NCBI GenBank assembly: GCA_010093705.1
Contig: MU006097.1
Location: forward strand, 858,298-905,700
Origin: Patellaria atrata CBS 101060
Taxonomy: Eukaryota
Length of the DNA stretch: 47,403 bases
Direction: 5' to 3'
Shown: in pieces, positions 25,887 through 37,699 of the stretch
Numbering within the stretch: position 1 is the stretch's first letter
Layout of the letters: each line of letters starts with the position of its first letter
The notes under the pieces: generated by a model
What the model was told of the DNA's origin: nothing
Database searches by the model: none
The model's input: the letters and a program-made list of their open reading frames with translations, nothing else
Made by a program: the position numbers and the translations under genes

Positions 25887-28244
25887 TTAGATGATGGTAA
25901 TTGTGTATCTCCCGTCACTCGTACATCCCTGCGAAGGCACTCTGCAGGAAGCGCATCTTTTCACCAGTGATGATAATACACGATACGCGGGATCTCTACG
26001 GTTGAAAGGCCCATCTTGTTTAACGTCTCTTAAGAACTCTGGTAGCTCTTCTGGAAGTAATTTGCCGAATTGCGGGAGACTTTCCTCTTCCCAAACAGGA
26101 TACTGGTTCTTTGGAACTTGTAGATGGCCTGATTCGTCGAGCTTCTGATTCCTGTTTGGCCAAAATATCGTGTAACCCATACCAATGCGCTGATAAATAC
26201 CTTTACTTGGTGCTATTGCTTCAATTAGAAGAAAGTAAATAGAAGATTCCCAGATATCTTGAAATGTACCATGACGGGTACGCGCGGAAAAAAGAGGAAG
26301 CATGTAGCATTCCATTGTTCTCCTGAATTCCGGTCGCCGTCGATAGCGTAAGTTGATATCTTCAGTATCGAACTTAGTGTGAAACATAATTCGACCCTCT
26401 GAACACCCTAAGTATTTACCCTCATACATAGGATTATCAACGCTATTTCTCAAGACCCAAGGGTATTCGGAATCCCTAAAGTTGATGAAGTCGGACCAAG
26501 TTAGACCGAACTCATCTGACGCGTTGTTTCCGTAGCCTATGGGAAACATCCATCCAGTCAACCGAAGCGAAGATTCTTTTATCTGACCAAACAAATTAGT
26601 CCCAGAAGGTGTTACGTGCGCATCAATGAACTCCACCAGCCGTTGGTGATCAGTCTGGTAGTTGTAGCGAAGTGGTGCATCAAAACGAGCCCAAGACCAA
26701 GAAGGCGCACGATCATTCCAAGCGATTTTCGGATAATATATAAGACCCCACGCAAGATCTCTTTCGAGAGTTTCATTCCATAGGCCAGCTAGATATGATG
26801 ATTTGGAGATTTGATGGACAACTCTAGCCACTCCCGAAATAGCAACTAGTTTATCGTCGGCAATAGTTAACTGAGTATTGCTGTAGTATTCCACGATTGT
26901 CTGCCAGATATCCGAGTAATTGGTAGACGACAAAGCTTTCAGAGACCCTAGAGTATCAGGCTTGAGGGTAAGATCCTCGCGTCCTATGAGAGATCTGAAT
27001 CCACGGAAATGAGAAGGAACCATAGAACAATCTAAAATCTCCGAACTAAGCTCTTCAGCACACTCGAAATACACCAAAGACTTTGTGAAGCTTATATTTC
27101 TTCTCGCTAGGAGTCGTTCCTGGCATACCCAACCTCGACGGTACAACGGTTCCTCATCGAGCTTGTCGAACAGAAGTATATCCGTGTGCCGTCTGGTGAC
27201 CTCGTTAGCTCGTTTTCTACCAGATAAATGCACTCGGTGAGGCCAAATTGTAGTAGGATCTCGGTCGTAGAAGAGTCCTTCCAAGCTGTTGGTAGCACAA
27301 GTTGCAGCAATATTGCAGAAGCTATTTTGGTATATCAGGTCCATTAGGCCACTCTCGTAGTCCCAATCCTCTGCCGAGTCTTGGATAATGCACTATTATT
27401 ATTGTGTCAACTAGTTATCCTAAGATCAACTGTTCAACAAACTTCCAGTTTCAATGAAACCTCTTCTTACCAGCGAATCAATCCACAAATACTGGATTCC
27501 CAACTTAATCGTACATTCAACGGCATCAATGTACTTACGCGGTGCTAATTTTACTGGGATACGCATGCTGTACTCAGCAAGACTTTGTTTTGTGAGCTTC
27601 AAGTGCTGATCATTACCCCATCGATGACTCAGTGTGGTATATGGGCTTCGAACGCGGTTCTCACTGGTCGAGACTAATCGAAGTGTCACCCTCGTCCCCT
27701 CTCGCCCAATCTCTATCAATCTTGTCGGTACCCAGTCATTCGATTCCCGGCAAACTTCATGAGAACTCTCGCAGTTTTTAATGCGGCCGGTTATATACTT
27801 CCAAACTTCCTGTGAATCTGTCCTATAAGAAGGCTTTTGCAGCTCGCGATCAGAGGCTACCCTTATGACGAACTCGCAATAGTCATTATTTTGCAGTGAG
27901 TATATAATAACAACAACGCTAAGAGATCGCCGAGCTCGCGTCTCCAGCTGCATATTCGCAAGGTTGGTAGGAGAGACTTCGAGAAACTCCTGATTCCACC
28001 TTGGGGGGGAGGATTTCATATGATGTAAGATCTGCATACACCACCAACATCTACTCTGAATGCCATTTACGAGCTCTGCTGAATTGCGGTGGAGAATCGT
28101 TCCTTCTTCTTTAAGAAGGTAATAGAGAGCAATCTTGTCGAAGATGGGCAGTTCCCATATTGTTTGGCACCGCTCACATTCCTTCCCTAATGTAAAATCT
28201 CCATCATTGGGTAGTTCTTCAACTAATTTAGTGGAGGATTCCAT
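25887..28244 (-). CDS. Heterokaryon-incompatibility (HET) domain protein; intron 27393-27470
   Basis: N-terminal CxxC..CxxC; HET motifs PTRLIEI, YTTLSHRWG, YLWIDSL|CIIQDS.EDW, IYQNSFCNIAAT, PLYRRGWVCQERLLARR; C-terminal DKLVAISGVA, YLAGLW, RAPSWSWA, YQRIG. Splicing joins ORFs 27426-28295 and 25887-27344 in frame. The start ATG is uncertain. Confidence 0.92.
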
Positions 28245-29399
28245 AGATATATGTAGAAATATACACCACTCCGTGTCCGAGATCGTCAGGTTCAATAATA
28301 CGTCTAAGTTCAGACCATCTTAGTTTGAAAAGTTCTACTATGATGAGACTTTTTTGTAAGATATCAAGACCAAAAAGGTGAAAGATGGCGCAAGGCTCGG
28401 AAAAGATAAGTAGTCTTGGATTCGACCTTACTCGATTAGGATTGACCCTCAGCCTTGCAGACTTCCAGAAACTTCAACTGTTACTATACTCGGCTTTGAA
28501 GCCTACGCAATGAGGTCTCAACGTTCAGAAATGAATCATTCATAAGAGCCCAAAGCATGACTCGGGACACCTTATATTTAGAAATTGCGGTGAGTTCCTA
28601 ACGCTAGTTCTAAACCCACGACGGAGAATCTCCCCCGCTATGTTCGCCTTGGTCCCTACAGGCTAGTCTGGACCGTACAACTTTTTTATTAGGGACTGCA
28701 TGTAGCGCTCACCATGCACTTCAAAGGGTTAATAGTTTTCCAGTGGGCTAGAGTTTAGCCTCACTGTCCATAAGTAACTTGGTGGGAGAAAAAGCTGTTC
28801 AGCCTTGCGAATCAGTGCCCTAAATTAGACTACGAGACCGCCCTCGGGGGCAGATCTTGTTTGCATTGTTAAGCGATGGAACCCAAAGATACCGAAATAT
28901 CCTCTAGGTATCTGCTCCTCGTTGCCGAGCAACAACCACAAATCCTCTTTAGGTTTTGATCTGATGACCACTTTTCGAGATAGAGTCGTGACGCTGCAAC
29001 CAATGGAGAGTCCTCTCGGTTGTCCTCGGTTATTTGCCGAGTTTGGGGATGTATACTGTTGTAGATTCATATTGTAATAGAGGAAGTGGTTTGTGAGATT
29101 AATTTGCAACGCCAATTAAGCTCATATATTCGGTTTCGGAAGGGATTCGGTACGTTCCGATGATGGTAATATCTGTTCTATTCCAGGTCTTAGTAATGAG
29201 TAGTGGAAGGATTGTTCCCGCATATTAGATATACGGACCCAAAACCAAGGGGTCCATTTACCTCAACAACGGGGTACCCGGTGGCGCATACTGAGATATT
29301 GTAGCAAGGAAGAATGCCTCGGGTATTGCAAATATCATATGAGAAGAAGTTCAAGCTAGAGCGAGTAACAATGCTGTGCTCTGTAAATGATCGGGATAT

Positions 29400-30629
29400 T
29401 CAGTCTTCGACCCTTGGCCTCTTACCGTCCCGAACTGTCTCATCACCGTATCTCTTCCTTTCTCCAATAGGTTTGGCATTGGCCCCAGTAGCCCCTCCAC
29501 CTTGATATCCTTTGTCCGGCTTAAACCTATCATCATCCATATAGTCATTCTTTGCTCCTTTTCGATCCCCAAATTCTCCCCACCTTCCCGTGTCTTCCGA
29601 CCTCAAGTCTTTATATCTAGTCCTTCCTTTCTTTCCCAATTTCGTCATATCCCTAATTTGCATGTACTGCGGTAATAGCTCACGGTTAACATCGTCCGCA
29701 AATTTTGCTCCTGCTATCTCCCGCCTATCCAAACCTTGCTCCTTGGCGTCGTCCTGAAAAAAAGCCCCTTTATGGAAGTACTTTTGCATATATCCCATCT
29801 TTCCCCTATCCCCTTGCTCTTCTCGTTGTTTCTTCAGGAATTCGCGATCTTCCGCTTCCCGTTCCGCGGGAGTGAGGTTCTTCCGTCGCTCAATTTCGGC
29901 GATCTGGGCTTCCTCCTGTTCGATCTTTTCTCTCTCTCGTTTGACACGCCGTAATTCACGTAACTTCCAGGCTGCACGTTCAGCCTCCACATCCAGTCCA
30001 TCGGTATCGTCAACCGCCTCTGCATCCAAAACATCCTCGTCATTGTCCCACTGCTTTTTCCCCGCAGCCTTTGCTGCAGCATTTTTCTCCAGCTGCTCCT
30101 GTACTACCGCATCGGCTTTCGCTTTCCGCTTTGCTTCCTCTTCCGCGTATTTATCCTCTTCTGATTTACCGTTGGGCGCTGAGACCCCATTCATCTTCCG
30201 CTGATCCTTCTTAACAAACACAGGCCTCAGCATCTTTCGTCTAGCCGCGCCATCATCGCTGCTACTCTCCTCATCGCTCTCACTCTCCTCTCCACTTTCA
30301 CTTCCATCCTCTTCGGAGCCCTCTTCACTATCTTCTGTCTCAAACCCTTCCTCCTCCTTCGCTTTGGCAATTCTCTTAGCTTCTAACCGCGCCGCTTCTT
30401 GTGCAGCTGCTTGCTCCCTTCGTGCATTGAGATCAACGTTCTTGAGATTATTTGATAGGGCTTTTGCCGAGGGGAATGATGTAGCTTTAGGAGCAGACGC
30501 GGTGGGTTTCTGTTGAGCTTCCTCTTCGGATTCTTCTTCCTCGGAGGTTTCTGGTTCTGGTGCGACGGGTTTACCAGCTCGGTATCGAGCTGGCATAACA
30601 GGGTTGGGGCGCATTGTTTTGGGAGGCAT
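29400..30629 (-). CDS. MFAP1: Microfibrillar-associated protein 1 (MFAP1/Spp381/Saf3-like) spliceosomal B-complex factor
   Basis: LRPVFVKK, VDDTDGLD.EAERAAWKLRELRRVKRERE, MQKYFHKGAFFQD, RELLPQYMQIR, GKKGRTRYKDLRSEDTG; intronless 409 aa. Confidence 0.95.
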   Translation of the reverse strand: MPPKTMRPNPVMPARYRAGKPVAPEPETSEEEESEEEAQQKPTASAPKATSFPSAKALSNNLKNVDLNARREQAAAQEAARLEAKRIAKAKEEEGFETEDSEEGSEEDGSESGEESESDEESSSDDGAARRKMLRPVFVKKDQRKMNGVSAPNGKSEEDKYAEEEAKRKAKADAVVQEQLEKNAAAKAAGKKQWDNDEDVLDAEAVDDTDGLDVEAERAAWKLRELRRVKREREKIEQEEAQIAEIERRKNLTPAEREAEDREFLKKQREEQGDRGKMGYMQKYFHKGAFFQDDAKEQGLDRREIAGAKFADDVNRELLPQYMQIRDMTKLGKKGRTRYKDLRSEDTGRWGEFGDRKGAKNDYMDDDRFKPDKGYQGGGATGANAKPIGERKRYGDETVRDGKRPRVED

Positions 30630-31311
30630 GTTGAATAATATGTGTTGGTGGAAATGTAATTGAAGATCGTGCGTATGCCCTCAAAAGTGAGGTCTAAAAT
30701 CGTAAAAGCGCGAGTCATGTTAAGGTATTCTTGGCAGTTTTTGACGTTGGTATGCGCACGGCCTCGCTTCGCCCATGGCGTTCCCGTCTGAACCTTAACA
30801 CAACGTTTGAACTTCAATTCTCTCCTATCCTGACTGAAACAATAATTCTCAACTTCATCTATGATACGGGTACTACGAGAATATGTTAATTGAAATATGT
30901 TAATTGAAGTGCGTGATTCTTCGACGTTCCCTATGTCAAGTATCGGGTTGGTTCTACACAGTAAGTCCAGCAAGTATTGATAAGCTGTTAGAGTCAATAT
31001 AGAATGAGTGAAGTTAATTATATCTCTATGAGAATGATATAATTATATTTTATAAAGATCATGAGCAGTCGAAGATTGAATATGATAGAGAGTCTGTTAT
31101 CAGTCTGAACACCAATTCGACCTCTCCTGTCCGCTGACTTCCAGTATCTTGGCCCTACTGTTCATTAAAATCACGTTTTTCCCGTTCTTCATCAACTAAA
31201 TCTGTACCAGAAACATGCTCAAGTCATCAAAAATAGGTCCCACCTTCCTAAACAAACAGTCCTGTTTGCACCTCATAAGTAAAAAATTGCGAGAATCCCT
31301 TCGACTTTCAT

Positions 31312-31405
31312 GGCCGGATGGCCGATTGGTGTAGTACGTAGTACTTTACTCAAATCAACCTCCTGCGTTACGGATGGTATGTGGGTTCAACCCCCGTCTG
31401 TGTCA
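31312..31405 (+). other. Degenerate tRNA-like sequence (Pol III A/B boxes): pseudo-tRNA or SINE head
   Basis: A-box-like TGGCCGATTGGT(GTAG) at ~31319-31334 and B-box/T-arm GTGGG-TTCAACC-CCCGT at 31381-31397. The acceptor and anticodon stems pair poorly, so this is not a canonical tRNA. Confidence 0.4.
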
Positions 31406-32000
31406 GCTTAAGGACCCTCATTTGAGTTAGGAACCAGAATATCGCTAATGAACCAGACCATGAAATGAGTCGCCACAGTAAATCAGTTCGCCTGGTTTCT
31501 GGGATCCCCGAGGGGATTTTCTTTTGCAATTTTTTATCCCTTCCGAGTTTTCTTTTTTTTTAATTTGTTTGCGACGGACAGAGAGGCGCGCATGATTCAC
31601 AAATGTCAGGTGAGAGGAGTAGCAGCAATAAAACTCCTGTTGACTTATGTTTAAAACTCTCTTTTTCTTTGGTGTAATGAAGCAAACGTGTTTCGACAAG
31701 ACAGAGCCTCTGCAACGGACAACGTAGGATGTGGGAACCATTCAAAGGGATGCAAACATTTTTGTTCTCTTTGCTATGTATCCACGATTTCACATAAAAC
31801 CATAAGATGGCGGGTATCGCTGACTTCGAATTCCTAGACCTATCCTCTACTTATATTTAGTGTTGTTTGAATGCCACGCGGTCGCAATAAATGCGCGGGT
31901 CTCAGTTGATCGCGATGTAATTCAGGTGCCTGCTACAAGTTGTTCATACCCCTTTAACGTTGTTATTATGTAATAATCTATTTCACATTTCTTTCATGCT

Positions 32001-32729
32001 CTAATTCTGATCTTTATGGGACAGTTTGAGTTTTAGCTTGATAGCCTTCTTACTCTTCTCCCACCAGTTCAGGTCTTCTCTGGAGAAGCTGGTATCTACG
32101 GGATCCTCAAAGAGTGTTGCCCAACGACCAGGTGTATACCATTCATCATAACGGTAGTACATCGAACTAGGACGATAGTCAGACTCTTGCCGTACATCCT
32201 CTGGTAAACTTAGACGAACCTTCTTCTTAAGATTAGTCGTGGATTTGCACACGATATCCGGGTTCACCGACTTCACGTCTCCGACGGTATCCTGATTCGA
32301 CAAGTTCGGATTTACCTCATTATACGGGTTCATCAATTTCAAGGCTGCGGCTGCCCTCAATCTAGCTTCTGCTTCTTGCTCGATATGCAGATTTGCAAGA
32401 AGCATTCTCCTCTTTCGCCACTCATCCCTGGTATCCCAACAGGTCTGCTGATACTCCTGATTCATCTTCAATTCCTCGTCCTCACTTAAAGTCGCCTTAA
32501 ACTCGTTGATTTCTATCTCAATGACCCGGAGGCGGTTGTCGACCTCATTGAACTTCTCCTGTGCGAATTCGACACGATCCTGAATAGGCCAGTAACCATC
32601 GTCTGTGTCTGAAACATCCATCATCTCTAGATCAGAGGTGTCGTTCATTTCGACTTCTGTATGTTGGTCTGCGTGGTACCGTACTAGATCCGCTTCGATG
32701 ATCTCTCGTTGATCGGCGTAGTCCCACAT
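32001..32729 (-). CDS. Hypothetical acidic/coiled-coil protein (242 aa)
   Basis: Long single ORF with ATG, coiled-coil-like central part and a C-terminal YxPGRWA...DTS motif of the sort seen in fungal hypothetical proteins. No function assigned. Confidence 0.6.
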   Translation of the reverse strand: MWDYADQREIIEADLVRYHADQHTEVEMNDTSDLEMMDVSDTDDGYWPIQDRVEFAQEKFNEVDNRLRVIEIEINEFKATLSEDEELKMNQEYQQTCWDTRDEWRKRRMLLANLHIEQEAEARLRAAAALKLMNPYNEVNPNLSNQDTVGDVKSVNPDIVCKSTTNLKKKVRLSLPEDVRQESDYRPSSMYYRYDEWYTPGRWATLFEDPVDTSFSREDLNWWEKSKKAIKLKLKLSHKDQN

Positions 32730-33422
32730 TAGGAGATAAAAGGGCTTGATACTCCACTAAGTTTAGATACGATTTGATGATAATCCGAATTTGAATGCTG
32801 TCTTTGGCACTATGAAGGGTCATTTGAAATGGTCCACACTTCAGTTCCTTGAAAAATATATGCGCAAAGTTTGTCTGTTTGAACAAGGTCGGGGTGCTGA
32901 GCGATCATCGATATGCAATAGAAAGGCCTCCGGACTTTCACAAAACAATGTTAAGACTGATTGTGGTAGGACCTGACCGCAAAATATTGTTAAGATACTA
33001 CTCCCTAACGTTTTACGAAAACTCACACGGTGACAACATCTTTTCTATACAATGTATGAGGATATTGTTCAGCGACAGCCTTCATCCTTGAATAAAGTTG
33101 ATATCTACTTCCTCTTTTCCGAACCCAAAAATAACAAAATGGACAACCTCGACCCAAACACCGAGGCAGGTGCAACTCATATCATGAACCAACAGAAGAG
33201 CTCACGAACCCAATTTCTCGGGAGCATTCACCCCCTATCCAATCGACCGGCTCTTGATGACCCGACAGACGGCCACTGTCCCGTCTGCTTGGAACCATAT
33301 CCCGAAGAGTCCCTTGAAGGCTCTTCTCAGGACACTTTACCAGCGCAGCTACCCTGCAAGCATCTCATCGGAATCTACTGCTTGAAATCCTGGACCGCCC
33401 CACCCTCCCAGGGCGGCGAGGG

Positions 33423-34070
33423 GAATTGGAAAGGATACTGAAGGGAAATATTTTGGAGACTGCAGGTTTATCCAAACCCCAAGACATCTGATTCTTCACT
33501 GCAAACATTTCTCCAAGGAACGAAAAATCATGGAGAAGCAGCTAAATTCAAGAATAACATTAACAAAACTTTTTTGTATAGAGAAGGGGAAAGAAGTACT
33601 CTTCCAATACTTACACAGTACACAAATCTCAACAGCTAACTGGCTGCTACATAAAAGAGAAATCAATGAAGAACAAGAAACATATTAAAAATGATAGTAT
33701 ACAGGGGAAAAACAGATCGATATATAATGCAGGGAATTGAAGAGCAAAGGATAAGTGGAGTTGGTTCAGTTTTTCTAATGCTTGGATTAGACTGCAAAGT
33801 TTGAACAACTGGGGAGCTTCAATCCTCAGACACTCTCACTAGACATATTATTGCCCTAGAATAGGGATTTATGTAGATGAAAGAGTAGCGCCATAGCCAA
33901 AGAGGCTGCATGCGCAGTATTGTAGATAATGCAATACAATAGATTNNNNNNNNNNNNNNNNNNNNNNNNNNNNNNNNNNNNNNNNNNNNNNNNNNNNNNN
34001 NNNNNNNNNNNNNNNNNNNNNNNNNNNNNNNNNNNNNNNNNNNNNAAAAAAAAAAAAAAAAAAAAAAAAA
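33423..34070 (+). mobile_element. 5'-truncated non-LTR (LINE, probably Tad1/I-like) retrotransposon: ORF2 C-terminal end, 3' UTR and poly(A) tail
   Basis: 33425-33688 reads IGKDTEGKYFGDCRFIQTPRHLILHCKHFSKERK...LFQYLHSTQISTANWLL...*, resembling the CCHC-type C..QT..HL..HC...R motif at the end of LINE ORF2. The A-run 34046-34071 follows the N gap. Flanked by a 13-bp TSD AGGGC(G/C)GCGAGGG at 33410-33422 and 34071-34083. Confidence 0.85.
33946..34045. other. Assembly gap (100 N)
   Basis: Run of N immediately before the poly(A) tract. Confidence 0.99.
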
Positions 34071-35088
34071 AGGGCCGCGAGGGAAAGAACACCTGTCCGA
34101 TGTGCCGGTACGAACTCTTCCCTATCGATGAGAGCGATAAGATGCATAACACGGAGCCAGATAACGGTCAAGGGGGTGAGCATGAAGAATTTTCAGTCAA
34201 CGCGCTGGTTTTCAACGAAGCATTGAGACAAACTCTCGCGGGGCGTTATGGTGAGTCTACCGACACCCTTTTACCAGATTCGAATCTCACAGTGAACAGA
34301 CTACGTCAAATGATCGTCGAAGTGAACGAGTTCTATGGCTCTCTATATGCTTCCTTCGCGGATTATAATATCATGGTGATCCGGCATCTTGAGCGGAACA
34401 GGTCAACCGAGGCTGACCTTATTGTGGGGGATTCTCGTCGTATAGTTTTACACACCATATTGCAGATGTTGATAAGGATCCAGGACTGGATGCTCGGAGA
34501 TGATCCGGAAGGCCTGCGTCTTGCATTAGTAAGGGCTTTGGGTCTGCCTGTGATGCAGTTCAGGGAGGCCGGTGGGAAGATGCTCGCGCATATCAAGACC
34601 TGATTGACTACATCTTTCGTCACTTCCCTCACTTTATTATTGCTGCCGTACAGCGTAATACCCCTCAAGATGTATCTTGATAACATTAGCTATTTATTCA
34701 TAGTTTCATTATATTACGGAAAAGTTGAAAAGAGAATGTAATTCAGATTTTGTTTGAATTTTGATCATAACCTGTCCATATACTGTCTTATAACCCATTT
34801 CAAAACCCCCTGTACCGTGAACTTATACTCCTACACCACCAAAACCAATGTGTTTATTTCGCATATCATCGTATAGCGTATCCATTAGGTACCTCAAAAT
34901 TGTACTTACACAATTACTTTGTTTGTCTAAATACATTGTCAATGTTCGTAAAACTCTGAACTTATTATTTTTGTTTCCCCTCTCTTTCTTTTAGACTTCT
35001 CTGGGTTCCCCTTAACGATAGTTCCTATAATGTTATAAACCGCATGAGACCGAATACACATATCCCAGGCCTTACAATACGCTCTACC

Positions 35089-36385
35089 CTAGCAGATAGT
35101 CCAACTAAATCCGGAAGAGGCTACATCAACCCCTCCTATCCACAAAACATCACTAGATCCATGTATTGAATACGAGATACACCTCAATCTCTTCCCCCTA
35201 TACACATTCAACACCCTCCCCATCATTCCAGGCCGTAGCGCTTCAGTGGGCTCGTCGTACCTGGTCTCCTGCTCTTGAATCTCGCGCTGCAGACTACTCT
35301 CGCTAGCCTCAAGGAGACGGAGTTGTCCGTCGTTGTTGCGCTCCATTTCCGCGATGACGGTCGTGGGCAGACTCGAGTTCGTCTTGGAGCGCTTTGTTGC
35401 CTGTTTTGTATTCAGAGACCAAGCTTATAACAAGGGGCATATGACACCAATTCATTAGTCCGAACAGCGAGATCCATCTCCTCCTTAAGAGTTCGGAGCT
35501 CCTCCTCATGCCGTTTCCGGAGCTGCATCATCTCCTCGTTGATATACGAGCCCCGGTCTGTGTCAACGAGACATTTGCCATCCTCGACCAACTCCTTCTG
35601 GATCTTCATCACAGCCGGGGATTTCCGAAGGAGCTCCTCTGCGAGAGCTATCGCAACTTGCGGGTCATTGTTGTAACGCCGCACGTTGGCTCCCGCAGCG
35701 ACCATCGTCCCCCAGGACGAACCTGTCCGGCAGAGTTCTTTCTCTCGCGCTTCGCCATCGGCGGTGGCTACGTCCTTTCACATATTTGTGACGAGCGAGA
35801 TGTTGCCCATGTTTCGGCACCACACAGCTTCCTAAACATGCGCAGATTCTTCGTGGACGCGTTTGTCATCCGCTTGTCCGTGATCCGGGGAGATCGATGA
35901 TGCCGGAAAGTAGCATACCGTCTTCATATGACGTGCGTATCCATTCCGCAATGATGGCCAAGACTTCAGAGCCGCTGTGGTTAGTATCGTCAAAGCCGGG
36001 AGTGTCCACAAGAGTAACCGCGTAGGGACCAATTTGACAATGGACCTCGATAACAGCATGGGTATCTTCATACAAAGCAGCATAAACATTCGAGGTCTAG
36101 GATATCGCAGCGCTGCTTACATCCTTGTAAACCGTGACCTATTTCCACGTCCTGGCCGGCAACGTTGCTGATGAAGGTTGACTTTTCTGTTCCTGTCATC
36201 CCGCAGACGGGTACCACGGCGTTGTCTTTTGGCTTTGCTCTCTTTCTCCAATGCGGTTCTGGAGATGTGTGCGCCAGCTCTGCGGGCTCAGTATCGTTCT
36301 GTCATGAACCCGGCATTGTTTCCGCTTCCGCGGGTATGGGTCCCGCGTCATCGGGAGGGCTTTGAGTATCGATATTAGTTCTCAT
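35089..36385 (-). pseudogene. P-loop GTPase (AIG1/MMR_HSR1-like fungal family) with coiled-coil tail, pseudogene
   Basis: VVPVCGMTGTEKSTFISNVAGQDVEIGHGLQG (Walker A with G>E), VTLVDTPGFDDT (G3), LLSGII, RITDKRM...NLRMFRKLCG, LVTNM* (TGA at a Trp position), AREKEL, IQKELVEDGK. Additional TGA near 36303 and frameshifts. Confidence 0.85.
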
Positions 36386-37699
36386 AACAGCTGTGGATTT
36401 ACAGATAAACTTTTGGATCACCTCAAGGTCGTGGTGCGCAACTCTTTCTCGGTATGGTCGATGTCGCAGCGAATTTCATCAGAGCCAGACGTATGTGATT
36501 GATTCAGGGTTTCCCTATAATGGTTATTGGATATACTCCGTTCAAAGGTTATGGTAAGGTTTATACGTTTGTTCTTGTTGTTGCTGGCTAGATTTCCTTC
36601 TGAAGTCTCGGAGCAAATTGAACATTTTGGGCCGTTGGGCGAAGATGATATTAACTTTCTATTTGTCTCCTTACATGATTGATTTTATGGATTGAAGTGA
36701 ATATTTGCCGAGTTTAGTTTTGAGCTAATAAGGGAAAGGAGACGGAGATCATGATGGAAAGTAAAACGTAACGTAGGTCAAACTCGATATGCAGGGAGCT
36801 GTTCAAAAACAGCTTAATTCGGAAAATTTAAGCTTAGTTCGTTCGCTTTTCTAAACCTCCTATCAGTCCCGCTAGGAGTATAAGGTAAACTGAGAAAATA
36901 CGATACCTACTGTAATCACCAGTTAAAAATACGAGACTGTATTGGGCGTATTCTCTGATTTTAGTTTAATGTTTCATACGTGCAAATAACAGGGTTTTTG
37001 AATTGTAAAAGCGTATCAGTAGTCCTATAAATTACCCCTCCCCTCATACCTTACTGGGATTCCTTTTCGCTATACTCTCACCACAAATGGCCGACCTTAC
37101 TATATAGAAGTGGGTGAGAGTGGATGGTGACTTCGCAACCGTACCAATGAGTGAAACATATGAACAATGCGGCTAGTTCACAGTGCGATCTCGTACTAAA
37201 GAGCTCGCCGATAAATACTTGTCAAATGTGGACGGAGAGAGCAAACTGTAACCAGAGGCACAAGGGCTTGGTATAATGAGGTTGTGGGCCTGCAAAATAA
37301 GTCACCCATTTCTCGAAATAGTTTCGATGCCAAAGATTAGGGTTTCAAAAATTGAAAGAGAGAATAGCTTACTCTTATCGAGAAGAATAATACTTAGTTT
37401 TCATGTCTTGAACTTTATTGTTGGTTGCGCTATTTGGCCTGGAAATAAGGTGAAAATGTAAAGTATCAAGAGTTTCGGTGTTCACTGGCTCACGACTTTT
37501 GATGCCAAGCCTTGGCGCCGCAGTTCGTGTTATACCCATTTTATCACTACATCACGCTTCATGGACTGGGAGGGAGATTCAATGACCGTTTCCAATTCCA
37601 AAGTGGTATCTACATAGCAAGAGAGCGCGCTCGTTATAGTTATCCGTTCCGTTCCTCTCAATAACTCCCTATTATCATAACCTTGCGTGACATCATTAT

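Larger units (their letters stand above)
33139..34603 (+). pseudogene. RING-finger protein gene disrupted by a retrotransposon insertion
   Basis: Left half CPVCLEPY...LPCKHLIGIYCLKSW..PPSQGGEG and right half KNTCPMCRYELF join in frame to a complete RING domain once the insert (33423-34070) and one TSD copy are removed. Confidence 0.85.

Noticed and set aside
29165..29190. GTAATATCTGTTCT resembling part of U2 snRNA
   Set aside because: The match is short, the branch-pairing GTAGTA is imperfect, and the conserved 5' U2 stem-loop sequence is absent.
30383..30997. 204-aa minus-strand ORF overlapping the MFAP1 start, and other antisense or overlapping ORFs across real genes (e.g. 1748-2146, 9649-10047, 22520-22843, 38512-38940, 42054-42665)
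   Set aside because: Alternative-frame or antisense shadows of genuine genes or of GC-rich DNA, with no motifs of their own.
33856..34183. ORFs with poly-F/poly-K and X runs
   Set aside because: Artefacts of translating across the N gap and the LINE poly(A) tail.
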